Assembly (NCBI RefSeq): GCF_022045235.1
Contig: NW_027266266.1
Location: forward strand, 24,800,001 to 24,864,000
Reading direction: 5' to 3'
Length of the DNA: 64,000 nucleotides
DNA from: Haliotis cracherodii
Lineage: Eukaryota
Shown here: positions 1 to 13,300 of the stretch, piece after piece
Layout: every line of letters starts with the position of its first letter
Numbering within the stretch: the first letter of the stretch is position 1
Translations under genes and position numbers: made by a program
Notes under the pieces: model-generated
The model's database searches: none
Told to the model about the DNA's origin: nothing
The model's input: the letters and a program-made list of their open reading frames with translations, nothing else

Positions 1-394
1 TAGATGTAAATGTATTACAAGGCACTGTGAGTTTGGCCTCACTTGATATAAAGGTTCATATTCCAATTTGAGCGTCTTTTAGGCTCAAAATGGCAACAAT
101 TTCGCCCAAATCTTAATGGTTGGTATCTCTGAGTTAGGGATAAGAGAAATTTCAATGGCAACATCACTTTTGAAATAATGATTTTATGGTACAGGATATT
201 TTTCATGACAGAAGGCAGATATGAAACCGATGAGGGTGATGTATGTTTGGCACAAGGTAGCATTCTACTATTGTATACACTGCCTGCAAAAGCCAATAGC
301 ACAGACTATTGTAAGTCTACATAAAGCATGGGAGTTGTGACGGTCTTAGCACTAAGATCCGACCCTCAAATGCCCTTTCATGATGTGTCTCATA

Positions 395-580
395 GTGAGT
401 GAGTGAGTGAGTGAGTGAGTGAGTGAGTATTGTTTTAAGCCGCTTTCAGCAATATTCCAGCAATATCGCGGCGGGGGACACCAGATATGGGCTTCACACA
501 TTGTACCCATGTCGTGAATTAAACCCGGGTCTTCGGCGTGACGAGCGAACGCTTTAAACACTAGGCTACCTGACCACCCC
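395..580 (-). mobile_element. tRNA-derived SINE (family A) with (ACTC)n tail
   Basis: Minus strand reads GGTAGCCTAGTGTTTAAAGCGTTCGCTCGTCACGCCGAAGACCCGGGTTTAATTC (A/B-box tRNA-like head) and ends in ACTC repeats; other copies at about 18780-18920 (+, partial), 24226-24398, 35903-36081, 37479-37624. Confidence 0.8.
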
Positions 581-894
581 TGTGTCTCATAGGATGACCT
601 CAGTATCATTAATGCCACAACACAAGCTCCATTATCAACACCCTCTTCATCAACGTCCTCCAAGTATAAACACCTGTCCTTTTGTCTTATTAGTGTAGGT
701 GTCCTCCACATACTCAAGTTTCCTATTAAAATTAATGGAGGAAACGATTGAAGTGAATGTCCGTTTAAGTCACTTTTGTCAGCTATCATATATATCATAT
801 ATGAATCATATATTTTATATGAAAATACCAGTTTACTTGCCCAGAGAGGGGTATCAACACTGCCATGAATGCAATGAAGATGCTTAGAGTAGAC

Positions 895-1110
895 TAGTTT
901 GTTATTTACACCACACTCAGCAATATTCCAGCTATATGACATCAGTCACAATCGAGTCTGGCCCAGACAATCCAGTGACTGACATAATGAGCATCGATCT
1001 GCGCAACTCGAATGCGATAACCACAGAATCCACTTAGTCGCATCTTACAACAAGCATGGGTTGCTAGTTGCTGGCTGCTGGGGTCTTATATTCTCACCCA
1101 GGATCCCCAC
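895..1110 (-). mobile_element. Dispersed SINE-like repeat (family B)
   Basis: Shares CAGCAATATTCCAGCTATATGAC...TCGAGTCTGG(A/C)CCAGACAATCCAGTGA...AAGCATGGGTTGCT with copies at about 17587-17820, 23575-23820, 26857-27040, 27309-27559, 29709-29900 (opposite orientation), 34066-34295, 47775-47990, 55802-56015. Confidence 0.7.
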
Positions 1111-1395
1111 AAATCTAAGACAAGTGAACATGAATCGCAAAGCCTGAGTGTCCAACACTCAAGAGGGGAATTATGAAATCAGCAACTAGCTATTCAATAG
1201 TCATGCTGTAAGAACACACAACTGGGCCTGCCCAATATGAAGAACAGAAAGTTTCCAAATGGACTTGTGTTTGTCAAATATGTCAGTCGGCAGTCAAGCA
1301 TCCATTCTCGTAGATGCACAATCCATGATGAGGTCGTCTAGGAAGAGCACAAAGGTATCACAGCGCCATGTTGTTACTGTCAGTGATTACGCTGA

Positions 1396-4300
1396 TCAAA
1401 TGGTCGAAGCGTAATGTTCCTGCAGGAGGGCGCGCGTCACATCGGTGTCATCCGGGTACTCCGTCTGCTTCTCCTGGTTGGGGATGTAGTGTGTCCCTGT
1501 GAAGGTCTGGAAGTACCGACCCACTTCAGGGTGCTGGATCTCGCGGGGACTGTCCGTGTACAACATGTTTTCTGGAAGTAGAATCAAACAGAGCTTAATT
1601 TCCTAATTCACGCCAGACTGCATATATTTGAGGTTAGGTCAGAGACAAACAGTAGTTAAGAGTTGGGCTCCAACAAGTACTTGGATCCAGGTCCATTTAG
1701 GCCGGCCTAAGTGACATCCTGTGTAATAACTCTGCATACAGATAACTTCAATGGCAGCTCATTCTTAGAGCATAATACTAGTGAACCATGCAGTAGGGCT
1801 GGGTCGAGTCCAAATTACACCCTATTAACAGGCCCTACCCGGATACCCGCTATAGGTCTCAAGAGTTGGGTACAAAATGTCCGAATGGGAATTGTTTTAC
1901 TGCAGCCCTGGCACAAACTATTTAGATACACATATTAAACGATTTGGTCATGTTTACACTGCAGTTAATAGACGCTTTATCGAACATAGAAAAGTCAGAA
2001 CGAATGCTTGCATAGTGAGAAAGAAACTGGAACATTAGCTATACTTGTAGTGTAACCATTGAGTTTTATTGTTAATGTCATTAAACAGTATATCAAGTGA
2101 CTAACCACGGGTCCGGGTAGTCATGTGGGTACCAGCCCGACCCGAGTACCCGAGTTACCCGTCCCAGCTCGACCATGCAGCAGAACAACAATGTGAGCAG
2201 CCAGCATGTTATAATTCCTCATATAGATGATGTTACTCTGCCCCTGGAATAAATGCTGATATTAGACATACCTTGTGCAGCATATCTATTGCTGCCATCT
2301 TCCACAAGGACGCTGTAGAAAGGCTGTTTGTGTTGCTTCGTCAGATTGTGAACACCCATCTGCACTATCCACTCCTCGCTCGCCTGACAAGTCTCATCCC
2401 AGCCAAAGATCACACAAGTGTAGTCGTACCTACACAGAAACCAGTCCCCTCAAGCTCGGTAGTCCTAGCCTACATAGCCTATTGTCTCATCTTACATTAT
2501 AATATGAGATTCTGATCGGTTAAGAAGCAGGCAATTATTTTCTATGTAGCTTGCTTATATACCCTGCTGAGAAATCAATCAGAACACACCTTAGGTAACT
2601 TGCTTATCTTAGGTAACTTGTTTTAGCCCCTTAATGCAGAGCGCCAGGCATGTTAATAACAAGTACCATCTTTTAACATATTTTTGTATAAGGCTGCCAC
2701 TCTCCAGGCAGAACTCTACCACTAGACCACGGAGGTGATCCTTTTCAATCATGAAAGAGCAATGTTAATTTGACTGGACATGTAATTTCACATTGCATCA
2801 ACAAGACCGAACCAAATTTGACTAGGCTCGGGCTTCAGACTAGTGACTAATATCGCAGATTGAGATACAATACACCAGGTGATGTGACATGGGGTTTATT
2901 GTTGCATTCAAGAACATTTCACTGACACAGTGACCATAACACCCTTGATAACCAAGGATCGTGGGGGCCTCACCTCTTGTGCTTCATCACCATCCCCACA
3001 GAGAACTTCACCTCCTTGTTGTCCTTCCGCAACTTCCTCTTCGGCTGAAACAGTAGACTAGTCTCAGCTCTCCGCAAACACTGATGACTGACTTGCTATA
3101 CTAGCAGTATTTAAGTAATATCAATGCATGTCAGCTTAATGGGTGGATGAATGGAAATATATATATGTAGATAACAGGTTAGATATCAACAAGGACAGAC
3201 ATTTAACAAAAGTTGCAACAGCTATGATATTTAATTATTTCTGCATAAATACTAAGAAGAAAAAACTGTTTTGAGATGAGAAGTCAGCAGAGCCAAATAT
3301 GCATTTTAAAAGAATTTTAGAGCGTGGTTCAAACAATTATTCCAAAGAAATGTGTTAAATTATATTTTTTACTACTCATACACACCAAATTTTTATTACA
3401 TTTCGAACAAATATGGCCGAGGAAGAAATGAATACATTTTTCAATGAAGCTGCAACTTATGGCATTTTTAAAACTTTATTTTTAAATATTTGATTTCTGA
3501 TGAAAATACCTTGATCCAAATTGGTACCTAATAAGCCTACCATCTCACCCAGCTACAGGCCTCTGGTCCTGGTTACCTGGTGGCCCATCTTGAAATTCCA
3601 AAATGAGGCCTTGAACAAACTTGAACCCCCTTATAGTAACAGGTATACATGTATCCGCACAAAATTTCAGCTGAATCCATCTGGTCATTTAAGAAAAGAA
3701 CAAAGACTAGGTAAGATAAAAATGGACCAATGCCTCAGACCCCAGCCCGGACTCAAAACCTGATATCAATGGTAATGTGCCACACCTTCAACATTTGTCA
3801 AAATGGGTCCAGGCACTGTTCCACGTCTGCAACAAACACTTGCAAGGAAAAGAGAAGATTGTCTCCCCTGATCGGCAACTCAAGGCCATCTCAACCTGAC
3901 CTGTGCTTGACGATGGAACATTTACTAGTCTGGTGGAGCGCCCTGCACAGTTCTGAGAATCATTCAATCAGCTACCTTTTCTCTCTTTTCTGTGTCCTTG
4001 TTTTCCTGTATGTGAACCTGGGCCTCCTGCAGCAGGTACGCCACCAGCCCCATACGTGTAGGGTCAAGGTCAGCGACATGCTGCAAACTGTCAATCACCT
4101 GCGAGAAAAGTCAAGTCACTAAACAGACTAAAACAGCTTACAAGCTTGAACTTTGGCTTCATTTACACCATAGTTTAGTCCTAATAAATTTATATGGATC
4201 ACATGGGTCATTAGCGGGATGTACTGGATTCTAAAATTGAAATGAATAGTTGAATTATTGATCTATTTTTACGATCATGATAGTATTGCATTAGTACCCC

Positions 4301-7300
4301 ACACTATTGAATAGTATTGCAATAGTTTTAAACCAACTTTAAGGCTCGGTAATTATATTAATCAAAGCAACAGAAGTGAAGAAAGTATTGCTGACAATGT
4401 CAGACAGCCATTTTCCACCCTGTAGCGACTAAAACAAAAGGGAAGTAACTCTAAACTTAAGTTGTCAAATTCAACTGGGCCAGATTTGAAATTTGACTGA
4501 AAAATAACGTAACAAAATCGACATCTGGTTTCCAAATGGCAGTTCAGATTTCTGTTGATTGCAGGCTTTGCAAAGCATGTGTACCGCCAACACGGCTTTA
4601 ACAGATATTTTCCAAATCTTTTCATGTTTTTAGTAAAGGTGCTCAAGTGATTTGATACACTTCGTGATGTAAGATCCGTTATTATAATATAGATTTTGAT
4701 TATCGATCTAGCCACTGTCATTTTGTTTGAAACAAATGCAAGTGATTTAAGATATGGAATCTGATTGGTCAATAGGAGGGACATAGAGAGACATAACTCA
4801 TAAGAGTGACTGGTGGTGCTATGATCGAGCCCAGAAATTCCACCCTAGTTCAGCAAGGGTAGAAACTGGACTTTTACACTCATTTAACTCCTTGATGCTT
4901 GCAACTCAGAATCACCGATTATCTGTCCCTTATGAATTCCTAAGTTTGATAACCTGTTCCCGATCCTTTTGCATTTGTGAATAAAATATGTTTAAAGTAA
5001 ACTATAGTACAGAAGAGTTTTCAGGCTACCTCATTACAGCCTGTCTGTAGGCAAAGCACATGTACTCACATCTGGCAGGTTGATGTTGAGATGGAGGTTG
5101 ATGCGGACTTGGAGCAGCCTCATTTCCAGGTCATCAGGGCTGATAATAAGAAAGAGATCGAGGGCATTGCGTAAACATAGCAGTCCGTCACCAAGCTGAC
5201 TCTGATGGCGCCCGATACCGACCAGGTTCCTGGCCATCCGCTCCAAAACCTGCAACCGGTAATTAGAGTTACCATGGTAACTAGGTAACAGAAAGTAGGG
5301 TACCTGAAGCGTGTCACAAATACCATAGCAACAAAAACAAGAGACATATCCCCCCGATCTGGTACATTCAGGAATGGCTTTTCAGGTGGACAAACAGACT
5401 AGTGCACCAGAAAAATAACAAGAATTGGTCTACAAGAATTGGCTACTAAATTGCAAAATACCATATTTCCATACATTCATATTCTGTTATAAAAATCAAA
5501 TAAGAAATCTGGCATTTCAAATCTTCTTCTAGTCAGTCAGCCCACCCCAATTGTAAAATGACTGGACCTAAATAATTTTTACTAGTATCTGTTTGATAGG
5601 CCAACATTTTTTATATGCTGAACCTGGAAGGAGCTATTGAGACTCTTAGAACCACCTTTGTGAAGATGTGATGACCCATCCTCTATTATCTAGGGTATAA
5701 TATATCACCTTTCTATTATGATAAATACCATTGGCCATTCATCGACTAATCATAATCAGCATCTATCCACATTACGTAGGTTTGATCTCACACTAACACA
5801 GCCAGCTCATACCTGGGAGACCGTCTTCCTACTGGCTAGTATTTACCTTCTTTGGTGGAACAGACATGTAGTGTTCCTTCTGGAAGCCGAGTCCCTCCGG
5901 GATGCCCACTGCACGACAACACTCATCCTGCTGCAGGAAGCGCCCTCCACGGAACACATCCACGAACACATACTGCTGACTGACTGGGGCTCTGAAACAA
6001 CACACCTTAACCAGTCAATTCTAAAACGCTAAAAGGATGAACGTCTGAAAATAGTTAAGATTCAGCAGAAAGGCAAAGTATCTTTCAAAAAATGGCATAA
6101 TACCTTCACCATGTTCATGATGTTCACATTTAAAATTTGTGGTTGTATTGAGCTGCCTGTAAACAATGGAGTCTGGACCAGACAAAACCATCGGTATTAT
6201 GAGCAACAGCCACTGCAACAAGGTACAATGGCAAGGAATGAACCAAGTCGCCAAGCCTTACCACCCAATCCACGCTCTTACAACCACCATATGTTCCTGG
6301 GGACCAATTCTAACCATGCTAACCTGGAATCACTTCAGGGCTAGTCAGTAATAAAAGTAACACCCCTATCATCAAATGACCATGGCTGATGTAATAAAAT
6401 CAGATGTCAAATTAAAGAAATATTTCTAAACCCTGGAAAACCACTAGTCGCTTGGTTATGTAAAAGATATCTTTTATCGTTTGAATTTGAATGGTTCGGT
6501 TAAGATGTTGTCTCACAATTTAGACCGATTTCCTAGTTTCAGAATGTAACTCCAAGCTATAAGGCTAAAAACATGTAAAGAACAGCATGCTTGGTGCCAA
6601 GTCAGGGATTCAAACTCATGGCGAAGGGCTGCTATTCTGACACTGCAATTAGTAGTGCCTTATTCAACTGTGCTCCCATACCCTCCTGCTAAAGGACAGT
6701 TTGATCATCCCTACTGACTTACATGGGCCGCTCCAGCCATCGCAGCAGGAAGTGGGAAGGAAAGTTGATAGCTTCACACACAACCCCCAGTCTCCGCGCC
6801 ACAGCACTGTAGACAATGGACAGCGTGATCGGAATCCCCTTCTTCCTCTCCAGAACCTAAACATTGCAACTGCAGTCACTACTGTGATTCTGTACACAGA
6901 AATGGACCCTGGCTGAAATCCAAATACAGAAAGGGATCCAAGCTAGCCATTGCATAGCACTGGGCCCATTTCAATCATGAATCCCTACAATGCTGCATAA
7001 AACTGGTTTCTCTGCACACCTTCACTTAAGACTTCAGACTCTTCATTTAAGTGCCATGAAGTGGTCAGCTAGGCTACATTTACATCCGTGACTTTGGCCA
7101 GGGTACTGTCCCTTCATTCTTACTTAATATAGTTTATAGAAGGGAAATAATTATTGACAGATTGTGTCTGCTTTTGACTATAAAGAGGCACTAGGACTAT
7201 GTTGGCCACCCATCCTACTTTAGTTGCCAATGGTTACCACCCATACTACCTTAGCCTATGGTTACCACCCATCCTTCCTTAGTTGCCTATGTTGGACATC

Positions 7301-10300
7301 CATCCTAACTAAGTTGCCAATGGTTACCACCCATCCAACCTTAGTTGCCTATGGTTACCACCAATCCTACCTTAGTTGCCTATGGTGACCACTCATCCTG
7401 CCTTAGTTGCCTATGGTGACCACCCATCCTACCTTAGTCGCCTATGGTGACCACCAATCCTACCTTAGTCACCTATGGTGACCACCCATCCTACCTTAGT
7501 TGCCCATGGTGACCACCCATCCTACCTTAGTCGCCCATGGTGACCACCCATCCCACCTAAGTTGCCCATGGTGGCCACCCATCCTACCTTAGTTGCCCAT
7601 GGTGACCACCTATCTGACCTTAGTTGCCTATGGTGGCCACCCATTCCACCTTAGTTGCCCATGGTGGCCCCCATCCCACCTTAGTTGCCCATGGTGGCCA
7701 CCCATCCCACCTTAGTTGCCCATGGTGGCCACCCATCCCACCTTAGTTGCCCATGGTGGCCCCCCATCCCACCTTAGTTGCCCATGGTGGCCACCCATCC
7801 CACCTTAGTTGCCCATGGTGGCCCCCCATCCCACCTTAGTTGCCCATGGTGACCACCTATCTGACCTTAGTTGCCCATGGTGGCCACCCATCCAACCTTA
7901 GTTGCCCATGGTGGCCACCCATCCGACCTTAGATACCTATGGTGACACTTATCCTATAGTGACCACCTCAGCCCACCTTAGTCGCCCATTGTTAAAGACC
8001 AACACACCTTAGTTGCCCATGGTGACCACCCATCCTACCTTAGTTGCCCATGGTGACACCTATCCGACCTTAGTTGCCCATGGTGACACCTATCCTTTAG
8101 TGACCACCTCAGCCCACCTAAGTCGCCCATGGTTACAGACCAACACACCTTAGTTGCCTATGGTGACCACCGAGTCCGGGTCTCCATCAGCAATTTAAGT
8201 GGAGGAATATTCTGCCCTGAAATAAGCATTGTTAGTGTCTACTTTCTTACTCTATTGATGTAGGAATTCTTTGGATCGTAGTAATTCTCCTCATTGCCAC
8301 AGAATCCAAGCTTGTCAAACAGTACATAGTTTAACGTCTCCATGACAACTCGGCATAGCTGAGGAGACCACAGATGCTCTGAAATTGCTGAAAACAGATA
8401 AATTAAGAGATGATGCCAACAATTTAAATTTAATTGGGATACCAAGTTGTAGCTTGTGTACATATTTTTTTAATACCTCAGAGAAATATTTATAACATCT
8501 TACAATCCTACTACTGGTAGGACAAGTAGCATCATTATAGTTGCATTCACAGGGTTTTATACACTACATTCCTCCATAAGCCATGAATATACTGGGCCAA
8601 TAAGGTATGCTAACCAACAAGATGACCACCCAAACATCGCCTCATACAACAAGCAATAGTCCAGGCTAAATAAATCATGTATAAATACAACTGAAAACAT
8701 GGAAAATGTACTTTCAAGTAGCCATTGAATCGCTGAAAGATGAAGTGAAAATGTGAAAAACTAAAATGAAAAAGTCAAAAACAAAAGCGAAAATGTCAAA
8801 AACTAAAATGAAAATACAGAAAACTATTTCCACCACAGTGATAATATTACCACTGCTGTGATATTATTTCACCGAGGCGTAAATAGTTTTCACCGGGGTG
8901 GAAATAGTTTTCTGTATTATCATTTTCATGCAACAGAATTAGTTTCACAATGCATTCCTACAAGGTAAAAAGAACAACATACAAAAAGTCCCAAACAATC
9001 CAAGTTTGGGAAATAAATCTAATTTGCATAATCCAATATGGCCGCCAATTATCAATATATCTTCCATATTTCAGATGAGGTTCAATCTGCTGGGCTGCTG
9101 GGGACCTATCCTCAATGGAATCCCAATGTGATTCACTATTACTAGATGAGCTTACAAGACCAAGACATATCATCTAGATTCTTGCTTCAGTGGCTGTTAT
9201 CGCAGACTGATAAATGTGTGCATGTACAAGATTCAGCTCACCCCCTGCATTGTGGTCCATATTGCATGCTGGGTGGTCCGACGACCTCTGACACAGCTCC
9301 CGTCTCACCATCCGCGCTATCTCATCCAGCTGGTCATTGATGGAGTTCTGGGTAACACTGATAGTTGGGTGGCACCACTGGGCAATCATCACAGCACCTG
9401 GGGGACAGAGAGGAGGTGACATTGATGGAGTTCTGGGTAACACTGATAGTTGGGTGGCACCACTGGGCGATCATCACAGCACCTGGGAGACAGAGAGGGG
9501 GTGACATTGATGGAGTTCTGGGTAACACTGATAGTTGGGTGGCACCACTGGGCGATCATCACAGCACCTGGGAGACAGAGAGGGGGTGACATTGATGGAG
9601 TTCTGGGTAACACTGATAGTTGGGTGGCACCACTGGGCGATCATCACAGCACCTGGGAGACAGAGAGGGGGTGACATTGATGGAGTTCTGGGTAACACTG
9701 ATAGTTGGGTGGCACCACTGGGCAATCATCACAGCACCTGGGGGACAGAGAGGGGGTGACATTTATGGAGTTCTGGGTAACACTGATAGTTGGGTGGCAC
9801 CACTGGGCAATCATCACAGCACCTGGGGGACAGAGAGGAGGTGACACTGATTGAGTTCTGGGTAACACTGATACCCGATCTTCACGGTATCAGTAGCCGG
9901 ATGATAAGTAGCTGATTGATTGGCTCCATCTTCCTCTTTGAGCTTAATAACATCCAATTCAGTTTCAAATCCCCAGGTTTATTTTATGAATCATACTGTG
10001 AATTACATTATATATAATATACATTATCACAAGGAATATTTTCATAAATTATGATTTCTAATTGTGACCCTCAGGCACCAGGAATTTATCAAAGCTGTGC
10101 CATTGTTCATCTAACTGTATATGGCACTCTCATACAAGGACGTTCACACCCTGAAGTACCTACCCAACTCCAGATTCTGGTCGGCCTCCGGTAACTGGAG
10201 GTACTGCTGCCATTTGGTTGCCAGGTGGATCTGACTTAAATGTCTTAAGACCTTCTCTGCATAGTATTTCTCTGTCAGGTTGTGGCACCTATTGAAACAG

Positions 10301-13300
10301 AAATGTCAGACATTGTTCAGTTCCTCAGAATTATGTCTGCAAACATCAAAATAAGCCTCTTTAACAGCCTCTGTGGTGCAATGGATAGATAGTCTGAACA
10401 GAGAGCAGAAGGTCAGTGGTTCAACTGAGAGACTGATTCATAAGAAAAGACGTTAAAAGATGGTACCTACCTACCTGTCTGGCTCGGCATTAAGACACTG
10501 GAATGTTGAGACTCATGAATGATATGAATATGGACATATGCTTGGCTACGTGGAGCACCTTTCATATGCCTAAGGGACAATTATGCTGACACAACATTTT
10601 CAGACTGATCACTCTGTGACTTACCTCTAACATGTCTTAAGGAAGAAAATGTGCGGGGGTTTAGATTCTCAATTTAAGGCGACAAACCTAACATTTTAAC
10701 ATTTACCCACCTACCTTCCCTACTACTAATCTTAAGTTTGTTTGTTGTTTGACGTCAAACTCTGCAACACTTCATCTATATGACATCAACTTGAAAATAA
10801 TCAAGTCTGGACCAGACAATCCAGTGGTTGATATTGTGAGCAACACTCCAAGCCGTCAGGATACAATGACACAACATCAACCAAGTCACCAGGCCTGTCC
10901 ATTTTGTCACCAAACACAACCAGTATGGGACATGATAGGACGCAGACGGTAATGTTCATAACAGTCAAGCAACGATTACACTTTCAAAAATCCTTTACTC
11001 ACTTCTTCCCATCATGCACTATGTTCATGAGTTCATCCATGATGTAATTCCCTGACTCCTCATGTTCCTCGAGGAGTACAATAAACTGCGAGAAGCCTTC
11101 CTTTGATATCTCCTGAGTGTTGAAGTACTCGGCCGACAGCCCTGACACCACATTCCTCGTTCTGAGTCCATACAGCACACGTCCCTTGTACACTTCCCGC
11201 CAACACTTGTGCACTCCTCGGTCATAATGGTCGTACAGGTCTGGAAAACTGCACAGCACAGAACAAAAGAAATATTATTAGTCAAAAGAATATTGGTTCC
11301 CATTTTGTGACTGACCCTAATCTAAATCCCCTTACCCTTCACATTATTGTGGGTTTTTTCCTAGTTGCACCACTGCTGTTATCATCATCCCAGTGTTGTT
11401 CATATTTTATGCCACTAACACAAATTTGTTGCATTTTACTGTAGATAAACCAGTAACTTAAAGATGGAAAACCTGCCTATTCCAATTTTATTCATCTTCC
11501 CATGGCAAAGGAGTTAACTGACTGTAAAAGACCAGTTTCCAACCTTGCCGAACTAGGCTGGAATTTTTGGGCTCAATAGTAGCACCATCAGCAAGATCAG
11601 TGGCAAATACGAGTTACCATAATCCACGTAATAAGCGCCCCACTCTAATAAGCGCCCACGGTGATATTTGCTAATATATTGGCAAGTGAACAATCCCAAT
11701 TAGCACTCCTTCCTATTGATCAGTGTACACAAGACATATTTATTCGTGTATAATACGCACTCGTGTGTTATATGCACCCTTAATTATGGGCAATTAAATT
11801 CTGGAAAAATGTATCTGTCCCATATAAACATTTCAGTGTGTCAGCATATACCACGAAATTTATCTTTCAGCTCTCTTTTTTCCACCAAAATAATATTCTA
11901 ATAGGAGCTCCCTATTTTTAATTTTGAAAGTGCCCTGGGCGCTTATTACGTCGAATATGGTATGTCCCTTCTATGTCCCTCCTATTGACCAATCAGATTC
12001 CACCTCTCATATCATTTGCATTTGCTTCAAACAAAACGGCAGTGCCCAGTCAAGAAGATCTGATAGAGCATCAAAATCTATTTTATATTAGAAATGTCTT
12101 ACTTCGCGAAGTGCATCCAATCACATGAGCACCTTAATATAAAAATATGAAAAGATTTGGAAAATATCTATTGATGCCCAGTTGGCGGTACACATGTTTT
12201 GCAAAACCTGCAATCGACCGAAATCAGCACGACAGTTTACAAACCAGATGTCAATTTTGTTACACGATTTTGATACGACTATGCATAGACTTGTTAGTCC
12301 AGCCAAAATAAAACTTCATAATTCCAACCTCGTTCAGCAAGGGTGGATACTGGACTTTTATTGCTTATAGTCAGTTAACTCCCTTGCCTCGGGAAAATGT
12401 TTTCACTGTGCTGAAAAAAGAAACGCACGTATGTTTTTAGAGGGGCTTAGGTTAGACCCTTTTCAAAATGTGGACACCATGGATACAGCTGCCCCAAAAA
12501 CTAATCTTCTTCCCACTAACAAAGTGTTGCCTAGACTAACATAAGTCCCAGAAATAAAGTTAGTTTATTTAAAAATATATATCTACAAAATAATTAACAT
12601 AAAATCCAAACTGAACCCAGCACATTGCTTAATTTCAGGAGATGAGCGACCTAGACTTGCCCAGTCATTCTACACTTGAACTGGACTCCTTTTCTTATTT
12701 ATTCTCTAGGGTCTTGTTGAGGGTTGCATAATCAATCATGTTATCAGGTTGACCAACCATGTAGATGGTACGGACTCGAAGGTGACCGATCAGCACCTGC
12801 CATCGGGCTCAAGTTTGAAAAGAGTGAGTACCAAACAAGATGGTGGGCGCTACAAGCATGCATGAAAATATGCATGTATAGCGTGAGATTCAGACCATGA
12901 CCAGTCACTGGGTGGAAGTGATAGCTCTTCCAAATCTGGTAGAATTTTAAACTTGAGGAAAATATCCTTGAAGCTTGCTGGGGCGCCTTCAAAGACAGAG
13001 CTATTCTTGGCAGAGGAGAGAGTCGTTGACAGTCCACCCAAGGTAGGGGAGGACATCCTGGCCGCAACAGTAGGACGTCCCACAACAGGTGGGTTAGACA
13101 ACAACACTGTCTCTTTGGCGTGAGCCGGTTCGCAGGAAATCCTGGTTTACCTGTAATTCTAAACCTAAGCCTACAAATAAGTACTCCACCAGGAGCTATG
13201 ATGGGAGGAAGATTGGTTCACATTTTCAAAAATTGTAAAAGAAATTACTCTGGCCCCTTGGGTTCTACAGTCAGTAGAAGGATTTGACCTGCTGTCTCTA

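Noticed and set aside
352-942. 196-aa minus-strand ORF and tRNA-like sequence
   Set aside because: Runs through two SINEs; the tRNA-like part is a SINE head continuing into a body and ACTC tail, not a tRNA gene.
9334-9868. Cluster of 64-89 aa ORFs on both strands; superficially array-like
   Set aside because: By-products of the 85-bp tandem repeat. There are no unique spacers or cas genes, so it is not a CRISPR array.
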